A DNA stretch of 64,000 nt from Patescibacteria group bacterium (GTDB lineage Bacteria > Patescibacteriota > Patescibacteriia > UBA2591 > UBA4787): the NCBI GenBank assembly GCA_028715115.1, contig JAQUSN010000002.1, forward strand, positions 4,944 through 68,943, in the 5' to 3' direction. The translations under genes were made by a program, and so were the position numbers. Below are positions 54,761 through 63,680 of the stretch, in pieces. Every line of letters starts with the position of its first letter. The stretch's first letter is position 1. A model generated the notes under the pieces. It searched no databases and was not told the DNA's origin. It saw only the letters and a program-made list of their open reading frames with translations.

Positions 54761-56690
54761 AGAAGGAAAATTAAATATAGTTTTGGCCGGAAACGCTAAT
54801 ACCGGGAAAAGCGTGATTTTTAATTACTTAACCGGTCTCCATCAGCATTTGGGTAATTGGCCAGGGAAAACAGTAGAGAAAGCAGAAGGAACTTTGTGTT
54901 ACAAAGGATACACTATTGATGTTTTAGATTTGCCAGGAATTTATTCTCTCGCCACTTATTCAATGGAAGAGTTAGTTTCAAGAGAATACATTGCCTCTCA
55001 GAAATCAGATTTTGTCGTGAATGTCGTAGACGGTACCAACTTAGAGAGAAACTTAATTTTTACTTTGCAACTTTTAGAATTAGAGCGACCAACCGTTTTA
55101 GCCTTGAATATGGTGAATTTGTTTAAAAAAAAGAGAATAGATATTAATATTGAAAAATTAGAAGAAATCTTAAAAATTCCCGTGGTGCCGGTTGCAGCCA
55201 TTTATGGTAAGGGGATAACAAAAATTTTAGATAGAGGTATTGCTTTAATAGAATCGAAAAGGGTAGGAAATCAGAGCAATCTAAAATACGGAAAAGAAGT
55301 AGAAGAGCAGATTGAAAAACTTATCAGCATGATGTCCAATCTTGAACTTTCCTATTCAAAAAGGTGGTTGGCCATAAAGCTTTTAGAAAAAGATAAAGAA
55401 GTTGAAAAATTAGTCAGAAATAAAGCCCCCGCCATATTAGAAAAGGCAAAAGAATTAATTTCTTATATTGAGAAAATTCATGGGCATGACTCATCTATTG
55501 TCGTCGCCGGCGAGCGTTGCCATTTGGTTTCAGACATAATTCAAAGTGTACTAAGAATAACCAAATTATCGAAAACAAGCTTCACTGAAAAATTAAACTC
55601 GATAACCAGCCATAAAATTTGGGGTTATCCTGTTTTAATTTTAGTCTTATTTTTAATGTTCGGATTCATTTTTAAATTTGGCGACTGGTTTTCCTCGTAT
55701 TTTATAAAGATATTTCCCAACGTTCAGCTATGGTATGAAAACTTTCTCGGTAATTCAGTTTTAGCTTCGTTGATTTGGGCAGGAATTGAAAGTGTTTTGG
55801 GTTTAATCATGATCGCTATTCCTTATATTATTCCCTTTTATTTTGTTTTATATTTTTTAGAAGATTGCGGATATTTGGCCCGCATTGCTTTTTTAATGGA
55901 CAATTTAATGCACAAACTTGGCGTACATGGTAAGGCCTGTATCCCATTGCTTCTTGGTTATGGTTGTAATGTTCCGGCCTGTCTTTCTTGCCGCATTATG
56001 GAGACTAAAAGGGAAAGATTTTTGACAGGATTTTTATCCACCCTTATTCCTTGTAGCGCCATCACGGTTGTTATTTTAGGATTAGTAGGAAAATTTGTCG
56101 GTATAAAATGGGCCCTTGCTTTATATTTATTTAATATTTTAATTATTTTTATTATAGGAAAATTGGCTTCCAAAATTTTACCAGGCGAGCCGACAGGGCT
56201 TATTATGGAAATGCCAGACTATAGAAAACTACATTTTAGAACAATATTTCTACAAACTTGGTTCAGGTTAAAAGATTTTCTTTTTATCGCCGGCCCTTTA
56301 GTGATTATCTCCGGAATAATAATTAAAGGACTTTATTTAGTTGGTTGGCTGGCGGTGATTGCTAATTTTTTAAGCCCCGTCACTGTAAAATGGCTCGGGT
56401 TGCCAGTTCTAACTGGAATTTTATTGATTTTCGGCATTTTGAGAAAAGAATTAATTTTGGTTATGTTAGCTACGCTATTAGGAACCGCTAATTTTGCTCT
56501 AGCTTTGAGTCCTGTCCAAATGATTACCTTGGCGTTAATTACCATGTTTTATATTCCCTGTGTAGCCACCATTGCTGTTCTTCGACGAGAATTTGGCTGG
56601 AAAAGAGCTTTGGGAATTACCATCTTTAAAATATTTTTAGCTATTTTGTTGGGCGGAATAGCTTTTAGATTATTGAGTGCATTTTTATAA
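54753..56690 (+). CDS. feoB: Ferrous iron transport protein B
   Basis: N-terminal G-domain GNANTGKSVIFN and DLPGIYSL, plus a polytopic membrane domain. 645 aa. Confidence 0.9.
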   Translation: MAKEGKLNIVLAGNANTGKSVIFNYLTGLHQHLGNWPGKTVEKAEGTLCYKGYTIDVLDLPGIYSLATYSMEELVSREYIASQKSDFVVNVVDGTNLERNLIFTLQLLELERPTVLALNMVNLFKKKRIDINIEKLEEILKIPVVPVAAIYGKGITKILDRGIALIESKRVGNQSNLKYGKEVEEQIEKLISMMSNLELSYSKRWLAIKLLEKDKEVEKLVRNKAPAILEKAKELISYIEKIHGHDSSIVVAGERCHLVSDIIQSVLRITKLSKTSFTEKLNSITSHKIWGYPVLILVLFLMFGFIFKFGDWFSSYFIKIFPNVQLWYENFLGNSVLASLIWAGIESVLGLIMIAIPYIIPFYFVLYFLEDCGYLARIAFLMDNLMHKLGVHGKACIPLLLGYGCNVPACLSCRIMETKRERFLTGFLSTLIPCSAITVVILGLVGKFVGIKWALALYLFNILIIFIIGKLASKILPGEPTGLIMEMPDYRKLHFRTIFLQTWFRLKDFLFIAGPLVIISGIIIKGLYLVGWLAVIANFLSPVTVKWLGLPVLTGILLIFGILRKELILVMLATLLGTANFALALSPVQMITLALITMFYIPCVATIAVLRREFGWKRALGITIFKIFLAILLGGIAFRLLSAFL

Positions 56691-56691
56691 T

Positions 56692-56755
56692 AAAATGAGA
56701 CATATGATCTGTACCCCAAAAAGTGGACACATCGTGTCTCATTTGTCTCATTTTG
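56692..56755. repeat. Palindromic repeat copy B1 (AAAATGAGACAT - 30 nt - GTGTCTCATTTGTCTCATTTTG)
   Basis: The arms form a perfect 10-bp inverted repeat (aaatgagaca / tgtctcattt). It starts 2 nt after the feoB stop. Confidence 0.55.
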
Positions 56756-56791
56756 CCCGAAACCCTTTATTTTATCTACCTCTCAATTTTT

Positions 56792-56826
56792 AAAATGAGA
56801 CACTACTTTTTTACCGTGTCTCATTT
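56792..56826. repeat. Palindromic repeat copy B2 (AAAATGAGACAC - 12 nt - GTGTCTCATTT)
   Basis: Perfect 11-bp inverted repeat. Same family as B1, A and C. Confidence 0.55.
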
Positions 56827-57014
56827 ATATAACCAGACCGAGAGGGGTCATTTTCGTCCTTGACCGATCCCCAAAGAACCCTTATACTGATTGATAGTTA
56901 TACGTCTCAGACCGACATGGGGTATAGGCCTTCTCCGCCAACTGGCGGATATGGACTACGAGTTAATTTGAAAATCATCAGCTCTCGACTTGTCTTGCAA
57001 AGCTCAATAGAGCG

Positions 57015-57043
57015 AAGCGGGATTCCTTCGGAGGGGTACCAAA
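57015..57043 (+). other. Degenerate partial copy of the tRNA-Lys 3' half (candidate attR remnant)
   Basis: gaagcggGATTCCTTCggaGGGGTACCAAa versus tRNA-Lys gaaggttcGATTCCTTCagGGGGTACCAAg. Two identical blocks of 9-10 nt in the same order. Confidence 0.4.
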
Positions 57044-57133
57044 CAAAGTCATTGGAGGCAATCAAAAGAGTCTTGATATAGAACTCTTTTTAGTATATAA
57101 TAATTTATAGATTAATATCGTAATAAAATTTAT

Positions 57134-57262
57134 ATGGCACAAAGAGCAAAAAGAGATAATGCAGTCGGAAAGCACAAAAAGTCACACTCGCACAAGACCA
57201 AAAAGAGATTAGAGATCAAGCGATTAATGCTTGAAGCAAGAAAGAATAAAAAACACAGATAG
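57134..57262 (+). CDS. Small highly basic protein (42 aa; ribosomal-protein-like composition)
   Basis: MAQRAKRDNAVGKHKKSHSHKTKKRLEIKRLMLEARKNKKHR, followed by a hairpin/T-run. It is below the ORF-track size cutoff. Confidence 0.3.
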   Translation: MAQRAKRDNAVGKHKKSHSHKTKKRLEIKRLMLEARKNKKHR

Positions 57263-57412
57263 AAGCTGATATATCCTTAAGACCTAAGGACATGCAAAAC
57301 AAAAGGACAAGGAGTCTGCATTTTGCCTAAATTAATTATAGTAATATATCTTTAATCTTAAAAAGATTATAATTTATATTATTTATTGTTTTTTTAAGTA
57401 AAAGGGCAGAAG

Positions 57413-58123
57413 TTGATTAAAAAATATTTTATGAAAAAAATATTACTAATCATTATTTTATTTATCATTGCCGCAGTAATTTTATTTTTAGTACGATATT
57501 TTTTAATGCCAAAACAACTCCAGCCGGTTTCAAATACAAATCAGTCACTGGCGATAATCAACAATTCCTCTAATCCTGCGCCTTTGCCGAATCATATTCT
57601 AACGATGTCTAATTTTCAGCCGCCCCTTGATAGAGCAGGTGAGCGGGTTACGAAGAAAAACTTTGGTATTTATATTACTCCGCAAACTTCACCGGTCCAG
57701 CCGGAAAGATTTGCTGGCTATCATACTGGCGCTGACTTTGAAATATTTCCCGAAGAAATCAACATCGACGTGCCGGTTAAAGCAATTTGTTCTGGCGATT
57801 TAAAATTAAAAAAATCGGCTAGTGGTTATGGTGGTGTGGCGGTAGAATCTTGTTCTTTAAACGGCCAGTCATTCACAATAATTTATGGGCATTTAAAATT
57901 AGCGAGCATCAGCTCTAAGGTCGGGAATAGTATTAAAAGCGGCGATATAATCGGCGTTTTGGGTGCCGCTTATAGTCCAGAAACCGACGGCGAAAGAAAA
58001 CATTTGCATTTAGGAATTCACCGAGGAACCGCCATTAATATTTTGGGCTATGTTCAAAATAAGGCCGATTTATCCGCCTGGACTGATCCTTGTTTGTATG
58101 TTTGCCCCGCAGTGAAAATTTAA
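57413..58123 (+). CDS. M23 family metallopeptidase (LytM-like)
   Basis: N-terminal TM segment. HTGADFEI (HxxxD) and HLHLGIH (HxH). Confidence 0.8.
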   Translation: MIKKYFMKKILLIIILFIIAAVILFLVRYFLMPKQLQPVSNTNQSLAIINNSSNPAPLPNHILTMSNFQPPLDRAGERVTKKNFGIYITPQTSPVQPERFAGYHTGADFEIFPEEINIDVPVKAICSGDLKLKKSASGYGGVAVESCSLNGQSFTIIYGHLKLASISSKVGNSIKSGDIIGVLGAAYSPETDGERKHLHLGIHRGTAINILGYVQNKADLSAWTDPCLYVCPAVKI

Positions 58124-58235
58124 TGGTTCTTAAAACTGCGTTTTGCGACCACGACAAGCGTCTAGCTAAAATGTTATCGATATATTAAATTATTATTTAT
58201 TTTTCGAACCCCAAGCAGTATCAAATTTCTACTTC

Positions 58236-58245
58236 GGGGGGGGGG
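58236..58245 (+). repeat. Homopolymeric G10 tract immediately upstream of a TTGCCA -35-like hexamer and the ECF sigma gene
   Basis: acttcGGGGGGGGGGttgccataattaaat lies ~38 nt upstream of the ATG at 58283. Such a run is unusual in a ~35% GC background. Confidence 0.6.
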
Positions 58246-58282
58246 TTGCCATAATTAAATATTTTTATATATTATATTTAGC

Positions 58283-58861
58283 ATGATAGGCCAAGATATA
58301 AATTTAGTGCGGCAATATCTTAATGGCGATGAACAATCGCTAGAGATTTTGATTAAAAAATACCTTAAACAGATTTATGGTTTTGTCTATCGTTATACAA
58401 ATAGCGCTTCAGAGACAGAAGACATAACACAGGAGGTCTTTTTGCGGATGTGGCGAAATATTAAAAAATTTGATCAAAAGAAAAATTTTAAAACCTGGCT
58501 ATTTGCCATTGCTAAAAACGCAGCTATTGATCATTTCCGAAAATACCGCCTGGCAACAGGTGAAAGAAAAGCGGTGCCTTTTTCGAACTTTGAGAATGAA
58601 GACGGCAGCAATTTAATCTTTGATACTTTAGCTGACCTTGGCCCCACGGCTCACGAAATTTTCGAAAGAAAGAATTTAGTCCAAATTATTTCTTTAGCTG
58701 TGGAAAAACTCTCCGAAAAATACCAAACCGTCCTTTCTCTTTATTATCACAAACAATTAAATTTCCGGGAAATTGCCGAGCAACTTAATCAATCTATTAA
58801 TACGGTGAAAAGTAATCACCGCCGAGCTATTATTGCTTTAAAAAATATCCTATTAAAATAA
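58283..58861 (+). CDS. RNA polymerase ECF-type sigma-70 factor
   Basis: Sigma region 2 (ITQEVFLRMWRNIKKFD...FKTWLFAIAKNAAIDHFRK) and region 4 HTH (LNFREIAEQLNQSINTVKSNHRRA). Confidence 0.85.
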   Translation: MIGQDINLVRQYLNGDEQSLEILIKKYLKQIYGFVYRYTNSASETEDITQEVFLRMWRNIKKFDQKKNFKTWLFAIAKNAAIDHFRKYRLATGERKAVPFSNFENEDGSNLIFDTLADLGPTAHEIFERKNLVQIISLAVEKLSEKYQTVLSLYYHKQLNFREIAEQLNQSINTVKSNHRRAIIALKNILLK

Positions 58862-58895
58862 TCTACCAACCGAATGATCGTATAAGTTTTAAAGG

Positions 58896-59351
58896 GTGCA
58901 CCAAGAGGCACCCTTTTGTCGTATTAACAATATTATGAAAGAAAGCCATATTGACAATTTAGCGCCTCAACTGCCGCCAAATCCGCCGGACTATCTTTTT
59001 ATTAAAATTATCAACCGCATTGAGATCGAAAGAAAAATAGCCATAGCTAGGCGCAGGTTTATTTTGTTCTCTATTGGTTTAATTAGTTCGTTAATAGCAC
59101 TTGTTCCTGTTTTTAAAATAATGCAAAGCGGGTTAATTGAATCCGGATTTATTCAATTCTTTTCTTTGCTTTTCTCCGATTCATCGGTCGTTCTTACTTA
59201 TTGGCACGAATTCGTTTTAACACTTCTAGAATCTATGCCGGTCGCAAGTATTTTGGCTTTTTTGACCACTATTTTTGTTTTTCTTTCTTCGCTTAAATTC
59301 GTGGTTCAAGATGCTAAAGTTGCCTTTAAACATAATTTAGCGAGCAATTAA
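58896..59351 (+). CDS. Putative anti-sigma factor (membrane protein)
   Basis: Located immediately downstream of the ECF sigma gene, with several TM segments. The true start may be the internal MKESH codon. Confidence 0.5.
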   Translation: MHQEAPFCRINNIMKESHIDNLAPQLPPNPPDYLFIKIINRIEIERKIAIARRRFILFSIGLISSLIALVPVFKIMQSGLIESGFIQFFSLLFSDSSVVLTYWHEFVLTLLESMPVASILAFLTTIFVFLSSLKFVVQDAKVAFKHNLASN

Positions 59352-59359
59352 TATAAAAC

Positions 59360-59827
59360 ATGAAATTAGATTTTGTTAAAATTTTTCAATCTAAACAATT
59401 TAAGATTATTTTCATTGGCGTGGTGGGAGTGATTATGCTTTTGCTTATTTTCAAGATTGGCATGATGGTGGGATTTAAACAAGCAGATTTTTCTTATCGT
59501 TGGGGAGATAACTACCACACAAACTTTGCCGGTCCCCAGGGTGGATTTTTACTTAGGGATTTTAATGGGCGGGAGTTTATGGATGCTCACGGAGTCTTTG
59601 GTCAAATAATAAAAATTGATAACCCAATGATTATCACCAGGGGGCCTGGCGACATGGAAAAGATAGTTTTAGTAAAAAACAATACCATAATTAACCGCTT
59701 AAGAGACAGAATAGAGATCGACGATTTAAGGCCAGATGATTTTATTGTAGTTATCGGTGCTCCAAATAATATCGGTCAGATAGAGGCGCGTTTAATTAGA
59801 ATGGTTTTGTCGCCGTCATTTCGCTAG
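59360..59827 (+). CDS. Hypothetical membrane-anchored protein
   Basis: N-terminal TM segment, 155 aa. Confidence 0.5.
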   Translation: MKLDFVKIFQSKQFKIIFIGVVGVIMLLLIFKIGMMVGFKQADFSYRWGDNYHTNFAGPQGGFLLRDFNGREFMDAHGVFGQIIKIDNPMIITRGPGDMEKIVLVKNNTIINRLRDRIEIDDLRPDDFIVVIGAPNNIGQIEARLIRMVLSPSFR

Positions 59828-59881
59828 CCTAGCCAGAAGCCATTTATTCTTTAATTATAAGATAATTAAAAAATTATTTTT

Positions 59882-61678
59882 ATGACTGCAAAAATCATTA
59901 AAAGGTTATCAAAGCATAAGGCGATTACTATTTTTAGTGTTGTTGTAATAATTGTAATCGGTTATTTCGGAGTCAAGGCTCTTAAGGGAAGCGGCGTTTC
60001 AATTACCTATGCTTTAGCTTCGGTTGAGAAAGGAACGGTTATAAGTTCTGTTTCCGGCAGTGGCCAGGTTTCTGCCTCTGATCAAATTGAAATTAAATCA
60101 AAGGCCTCAGGAGATGCGCTTTATGTTGGCACTAAGGCGGGACAAAGCGTTAAGTCCGGGACAGTGTTGGTTCAACTTGATTCCAAGAATGCACAAAAGT
60201 CTGTTAGAGACGCGCAGACTAATTTAGATTCAGCTAAGCTATCTTTACAAAAATTACAACAGCCACCAGATTCGCTTTCTCTTTTGCAGGCTCAAGACGC
60301 TCTGGTTCAAGCCAATCAATCCAAACAAAATGCGCTAGATGATTTGGCTAAAACCTATGAAGACGGTTTTAATACAGTCTCTAATGCTTTTTTGGATTTA
60401 CCTACTATTATGACCGGGCTAGATAATATTTTACACAGTTATACCCTTAGCCAAACGCAAATGAATTTGGATTATTATGCTAATGGGGCCCTGAGGTATG
60501 ATAGCGCGGCTACGCAATACAGAAATGACGCCGAAGACAAGTATCAAAAAGCTAAAAAAGAATACGATCAAAATTTTACCGACTATAAGTCCACGACCAG
60601 GTTTTCTTCAACTGAAGCGATTGAGAGTTTAGTCACGGAAACTTATAACACTACAAAAGATTTGGCCGAAGCGGTGAAAAGCACCAATAATTTAATTCAA
60701 TTTTACAAAGATAAACTAACAGAACATAGCATAATTCCTAGTCCAATGGCTGATACGCATCTAACAAATTTAAATACTTATACCAGTAAGACTAATAGTA
60801 GTCTTTCAAGCTTGCTTTCGATTAAAACTTCCATCACGGACGATAAGCAGGCCATTACCAATGCTGATGCAACCATTGCCGAACGAACCGCTTCATTAGC
60901 AAAACTTCAGGCTGGAACCGATCCTTTAGATATTCAATCACAGCAACTCAGTATTAAACAAAAAGAAAATGCTTTACTTGATGCCAAACAAACTTTGACC
61001 GACTATTCAATTCGGGCTCCGATTGACGGCACAATCGCCGAATTAGACGTTAAAAAAGGAGATTCTGTTTCTAGTGGTACGACCGTAGCCATAATCATCT
61101 CCAAACAAAGCATTGCCGAGATTCCTTTAAATGAAGTTGACGTATCAAAAGTAAAAATTGGCCAAAAGGCAACACTTACTTTTGATGCGATTGAAGGGTT
61201 AAATATCTCTGGCCAAGTGGCGGAGATAGACACCATTGGTACTGTTTCGCAGGGAGTAGTTAATTATAATGTGAAAATTACTTTTGATACCGAAGATACT
61301 CGTGTTAAACCGGGTATGAGCGTTTCAGCAGCCATTATTACCGATATACGACAGGATGTTCTGGTCGTATCAAATTCGGCTATAAAATCATCAGGCGATA
61401 CTAGTTATGTTGAAATTCCGTTGGAAAAAGTTTCTGATACTCAGCTAGCTAGCGCCGGCGGCATTAATTTAAGTGAGACACCTAAAAGACAAATAGTTGT
61501 TACCGGCTTGAGCGATGATAGTTTTACGGAAATTACCAGTGGTTTGAATGAAGGCGATCAAATTATCATTAAAACGATCGCTAATGGCGCCAAAACATCT
61601 TCTACTAAAACGCAAAATATTTTTCAAACAACCGGAGCTAATCGCGGCACTGGCGGTGGTATGATTTTTCGGCCATAA
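59882..61678 (+). CDS. Efflux periplasmic adaptor (HlyD/MacA-like membrane fusion protein) with long coiled coil
   Basis: N-terminal TM segment, a lipoyl/beta-barrel motif at both ends (VSGSGQVSASDQIEIKSKASG...; IRAPIDGTIAELDVKKGDSV) and a long Gln/Leu-rich coiled coil. Confidence 0.75.
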   Translation: MTAKIIKRLSKHKAITIFSVVVIIVIGYFGVKALKGSGVSITYALASVEKGTVISSVSGSGQVSASDQIEIKSKASGDALYVGTKAGQSVKSGTVLVQLDSKNAQKSVRDAQTNLDSAKLSLQKLQQPPDSLSLLQAQDALVQANQSKQNALDDLAKTYEDGFNTVSNAFLDLPTIMTGLDNILHSYTLSQTQMNLDYYANGALRYDSAATQYRNDAEDKYQKAKKEYDQNFTDYKSTTRFSSTEAIESLVTETYNTTKDLAEAVKSTNNLIQFYKDKLTEHSIIPSPMADTHLTNLNTYTSKTNSSLSSLLSIKTSITDDKQAITNADATIAERTASLAKLQAGTDPLDIQSQQLSIKQKENALLDAKQTLTDYSIRAPIDGTIAELDVKKGDSVSSGTTVAIIISKQSIAEIPLNEVDVSKVKIGQKATLTFDAIEGLNISGQVAEIDTIGTVSQGVVNYNVKITFDTEDTRVKPGMSVSAAIITDIRQDVLVVSNSAIKSSGDTSYVEIPLEKVSDTQLASAGGINLSETPKRQIVVTGLSDDSFTEITSGLNEGDQIIIKTIANGAKTSSTKTQNIFQTTGANRGTGGGMIFRP

Positions 61679-61689
61679 AAAATTGAATT

Positions 61690-62403
61690 ATGATAGAATG
61701 TAAAAATATAAATAAAATATATAAAAGCGAGGCCTTCGAGACTATCGCCCTAAAAGACATTTCTTTTATTATTAAAGATGGGGAATTTGTGGCTATTATG
61801 GGTCCGTCTGGCTCGGGCAAATCTACTTTGATGCATATTTTAGGCGCGCTGGACACTCCCACCAGCGGTGAATATTTTTTAGACGGCAAAGATGTTTCTA
61901 AACTTTCCGATGATGAATTAGCGGATATTAGAAAACAAAAAATAGGTTTTATTTTTCAGTCATATAATTTATTGCCACGCGCTACGGTTATTCGCAACGT
62001 AGTTTTGCCGTTAATTTATTCCGGAGTTCCAAAAGAAGAACGCGACCAGCGCGCGAAAGAATCACTGAAAAACTCAGGATTAGATGAATCGCACTTTTAT
62101 CATCTTTCCAATCAGCTTTCCGGCGGTCAGATGCAGCGAGTGGCTATTGCCAGAGCGCTGGTTAATAGCCCTTCTTTAATTTTAGCCGATGAACCGACCG
62201 GAAATCTTGATACGAAGACAGGCGAAATTGTTTTAGCTACCTTTCAAGAATTAAACGATAAACAAAAACGAACTATAATTCTAATTACCCATGAGCGTTA
62301 TGTAGCTGAACATGCTGATCGCATTATTACTATTCGCGACGGCGCTATTGTTGAAGACAGTAAAAATATTCAAAAGAGAATTATTAATTTTAATAATTTA
62401 TGA
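61690..62403 (+). CDS. ABC transporter ATP-binding protein (MacB/LolD-like)
   Basis: Walker A GPSGSGKST, signature LSGGQMQRVAIARAL, Walker B ILADEPTGNLD. Confidence 0.9.
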   Translation: MIECKNINKIYKSEAFETIALKDISFIIKDGEFVAIMGPSGSGKSTLMHILGALDTPTSGEYFLDGKDVSKLSDDELADIRKQKIGFIFQSYNLLPRATVIRNVVLPLIYSGVPKEERDQRAKESLKNSGLDESHFYHLSNQLSGGQMQRVAIARALVNSPSLILADEPTGNLDTKTGEIVLATFQELNDKQKRTIILITHERYVAEHADRIITIRDGAIVEDSKNIQKRIINFNNL

Positions 62404-63623
62404 GAATATCGGATTTATTCCAAGAAACATTTTTGGCTCTGTTGGCCAATAAGGCTCGGTCAGGATTAACTGTTCTTGGTATTGTTATTGGCATTGGATC
62501 GGTTATTGCCATGATTTCCATTGGTCAGGGAGCGCAGGGTTCTATTCAATCCAGCATTCAATCGTTAGGATCGAATTTAATTTTAGTTACGCCTGGCATG
62601 CAACGAGGAGTTGGTAATCAAGTCAGCCAAGGTCGCGGCTCGGCTCAGACGTTAACGCTCGAAGATGCTAGTGCTATTTCGCAAAATATTTTTAATATTT
62701 CTGGCGTCGCTCCAGATTTATCAGGCCGTTATCAAGTTACGGCCAAAGGGACCAACACCAACACATCTATTGACGGCGTGACTCCGTTTTATTCTTCTGT
62801 TAGGAATATAGAGATTGCTGATGGAGTATTTATTACGGATCAAAATGTAGCCAACTTAAGTAGGGTGGCGATTCTGGGGTCGGCAGTTAGCGAAGACCTT
62901 TTCGGTACAGACGTAAGTCCGATTGGCCAAACAATTCGCATTAAAAATATAAATTTTACGGTCGTTGGGCTTACCAAAAGCAAGGGTGGGACTGGCTTTG
63001 GCAGCCAGGATGACATGATCTTTATTCCTTTAACTACGGCGCAACAATTTTTAGCCGGCAGTCAAAGGGTTAGTACAATTAGTGTTCAGGCGACCAGTCA
63101 AGCGGTTATGTCGCAAGTTCAAGAAGATATTACTTTTTTATTATTAGAACGTCATCATATTTCTGATTCAGCCTTAGCAGATTTCAGTATTTTAAATCAA
63201 TCTGATATTGTTGCCGCTGCTTCATCGGTAACCAACACCTTTACGATTTTATTAGGTTCAGTCGCGGCTATTTCGCTTTTAGTTGGTGGTATTGGTATTA
63301 TGAATATGATGCTCACTACGGTTACTGAGCGGACGCGCGAAATCGGTCTTCGTAAAGCGATTGGCGCAAAGGGCGGAGATATTAATTTGCAATTTTTAAC
63401 CGAAGCCATAATGCTAACTTTTGTCGGTGGCATTGTCGGCGTTATTTTTGGCTGGCTTATCTCTTGGGGCGTTTACCAGTTTGCTAATATTGCTACAAAA
63501 GTTTCTTTGACTTCGATTTTATTGGCTTTCGGAGTTTCGGCTTTAATTGGCATTATTTTTGGCTATTATCCGGCTCGCCGCGCCTCAAAATTAAATCCGA
63601 TTGAAGCCTTAAGATATGAATAA
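62400..63623 (+). CDS. ABC transporter permease (MacB/FtsX family)
   Basis: MacB_PCD periplasmic domain between TM1 and TM2, and a C-terminal FtsX 3-TM bundle (GGIGIMNMMLTTVTERTREIGLRKA). Confidence 0.85.
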   Translation: MRISDLFQETFLALLANKARSGLTVLGIVIGIGSVIAMISIGQGAQGSIQSSIQSLGSNLILVTPGMQRGVGNQVSQGRGSAQTLTLEDASAISQNIFNISGVAPDLSGRYQVTAKGTNTNTSIDGVTPFYSSVRNIEIADGVFITDQNVANLSRVAILGSAVSEDLFGTDVSPIGQTIRIKNINFTVVGLTKSKGGTGFGSQDDMIFIPLTTAQQFLAGSQRVSTISVQATSQAVMSQVQEDITFLLLERHHISDSALADFSILNQSDIVAAASSVTNTFTILLGSVAAISLLVGGIGIMNMMLTTVTERTREIGLRKAIGAKGGDINLQFLTEAIMLTFVGGIVGVIFGWLISWGVYQFANIATKVSLTSILLAFGVSALIGIIFGYYPARRASKLNPIEALRYE

Positions 63624-63680
63624 TTTTATCAAAAAAATCTCCCCATCAGAAGTTATTATCTTAATTAATAAAATAATTTT

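Larger units (their letters stand above)
48333..57043. mobile_element. Putative tRNA-Lys-associated integrated island (island 2): serine recombinase + Fe/metal-handling cluster + FeoAB, ending at a degenerate tRNA-Lys 3'-half copy
   Basis: The recombinase lies immediately 3' of tRNA-Lys. At 57015-57043, gaagcgggattccttcggaggggtaccaaa resembles the tRNA T-arm/acceptor gaaggttcgattccttcagggggtaccaag. Palindromic repeats sit at the far end. Confidence 0.45.

Noticed and set aside
56860-57081. ORF 56860-57081 (+)
   Set aside because: It lies in the repeat and attR-like region after feoB, has no RBS or coding bias, and overlaps the tRNA-like fragment.
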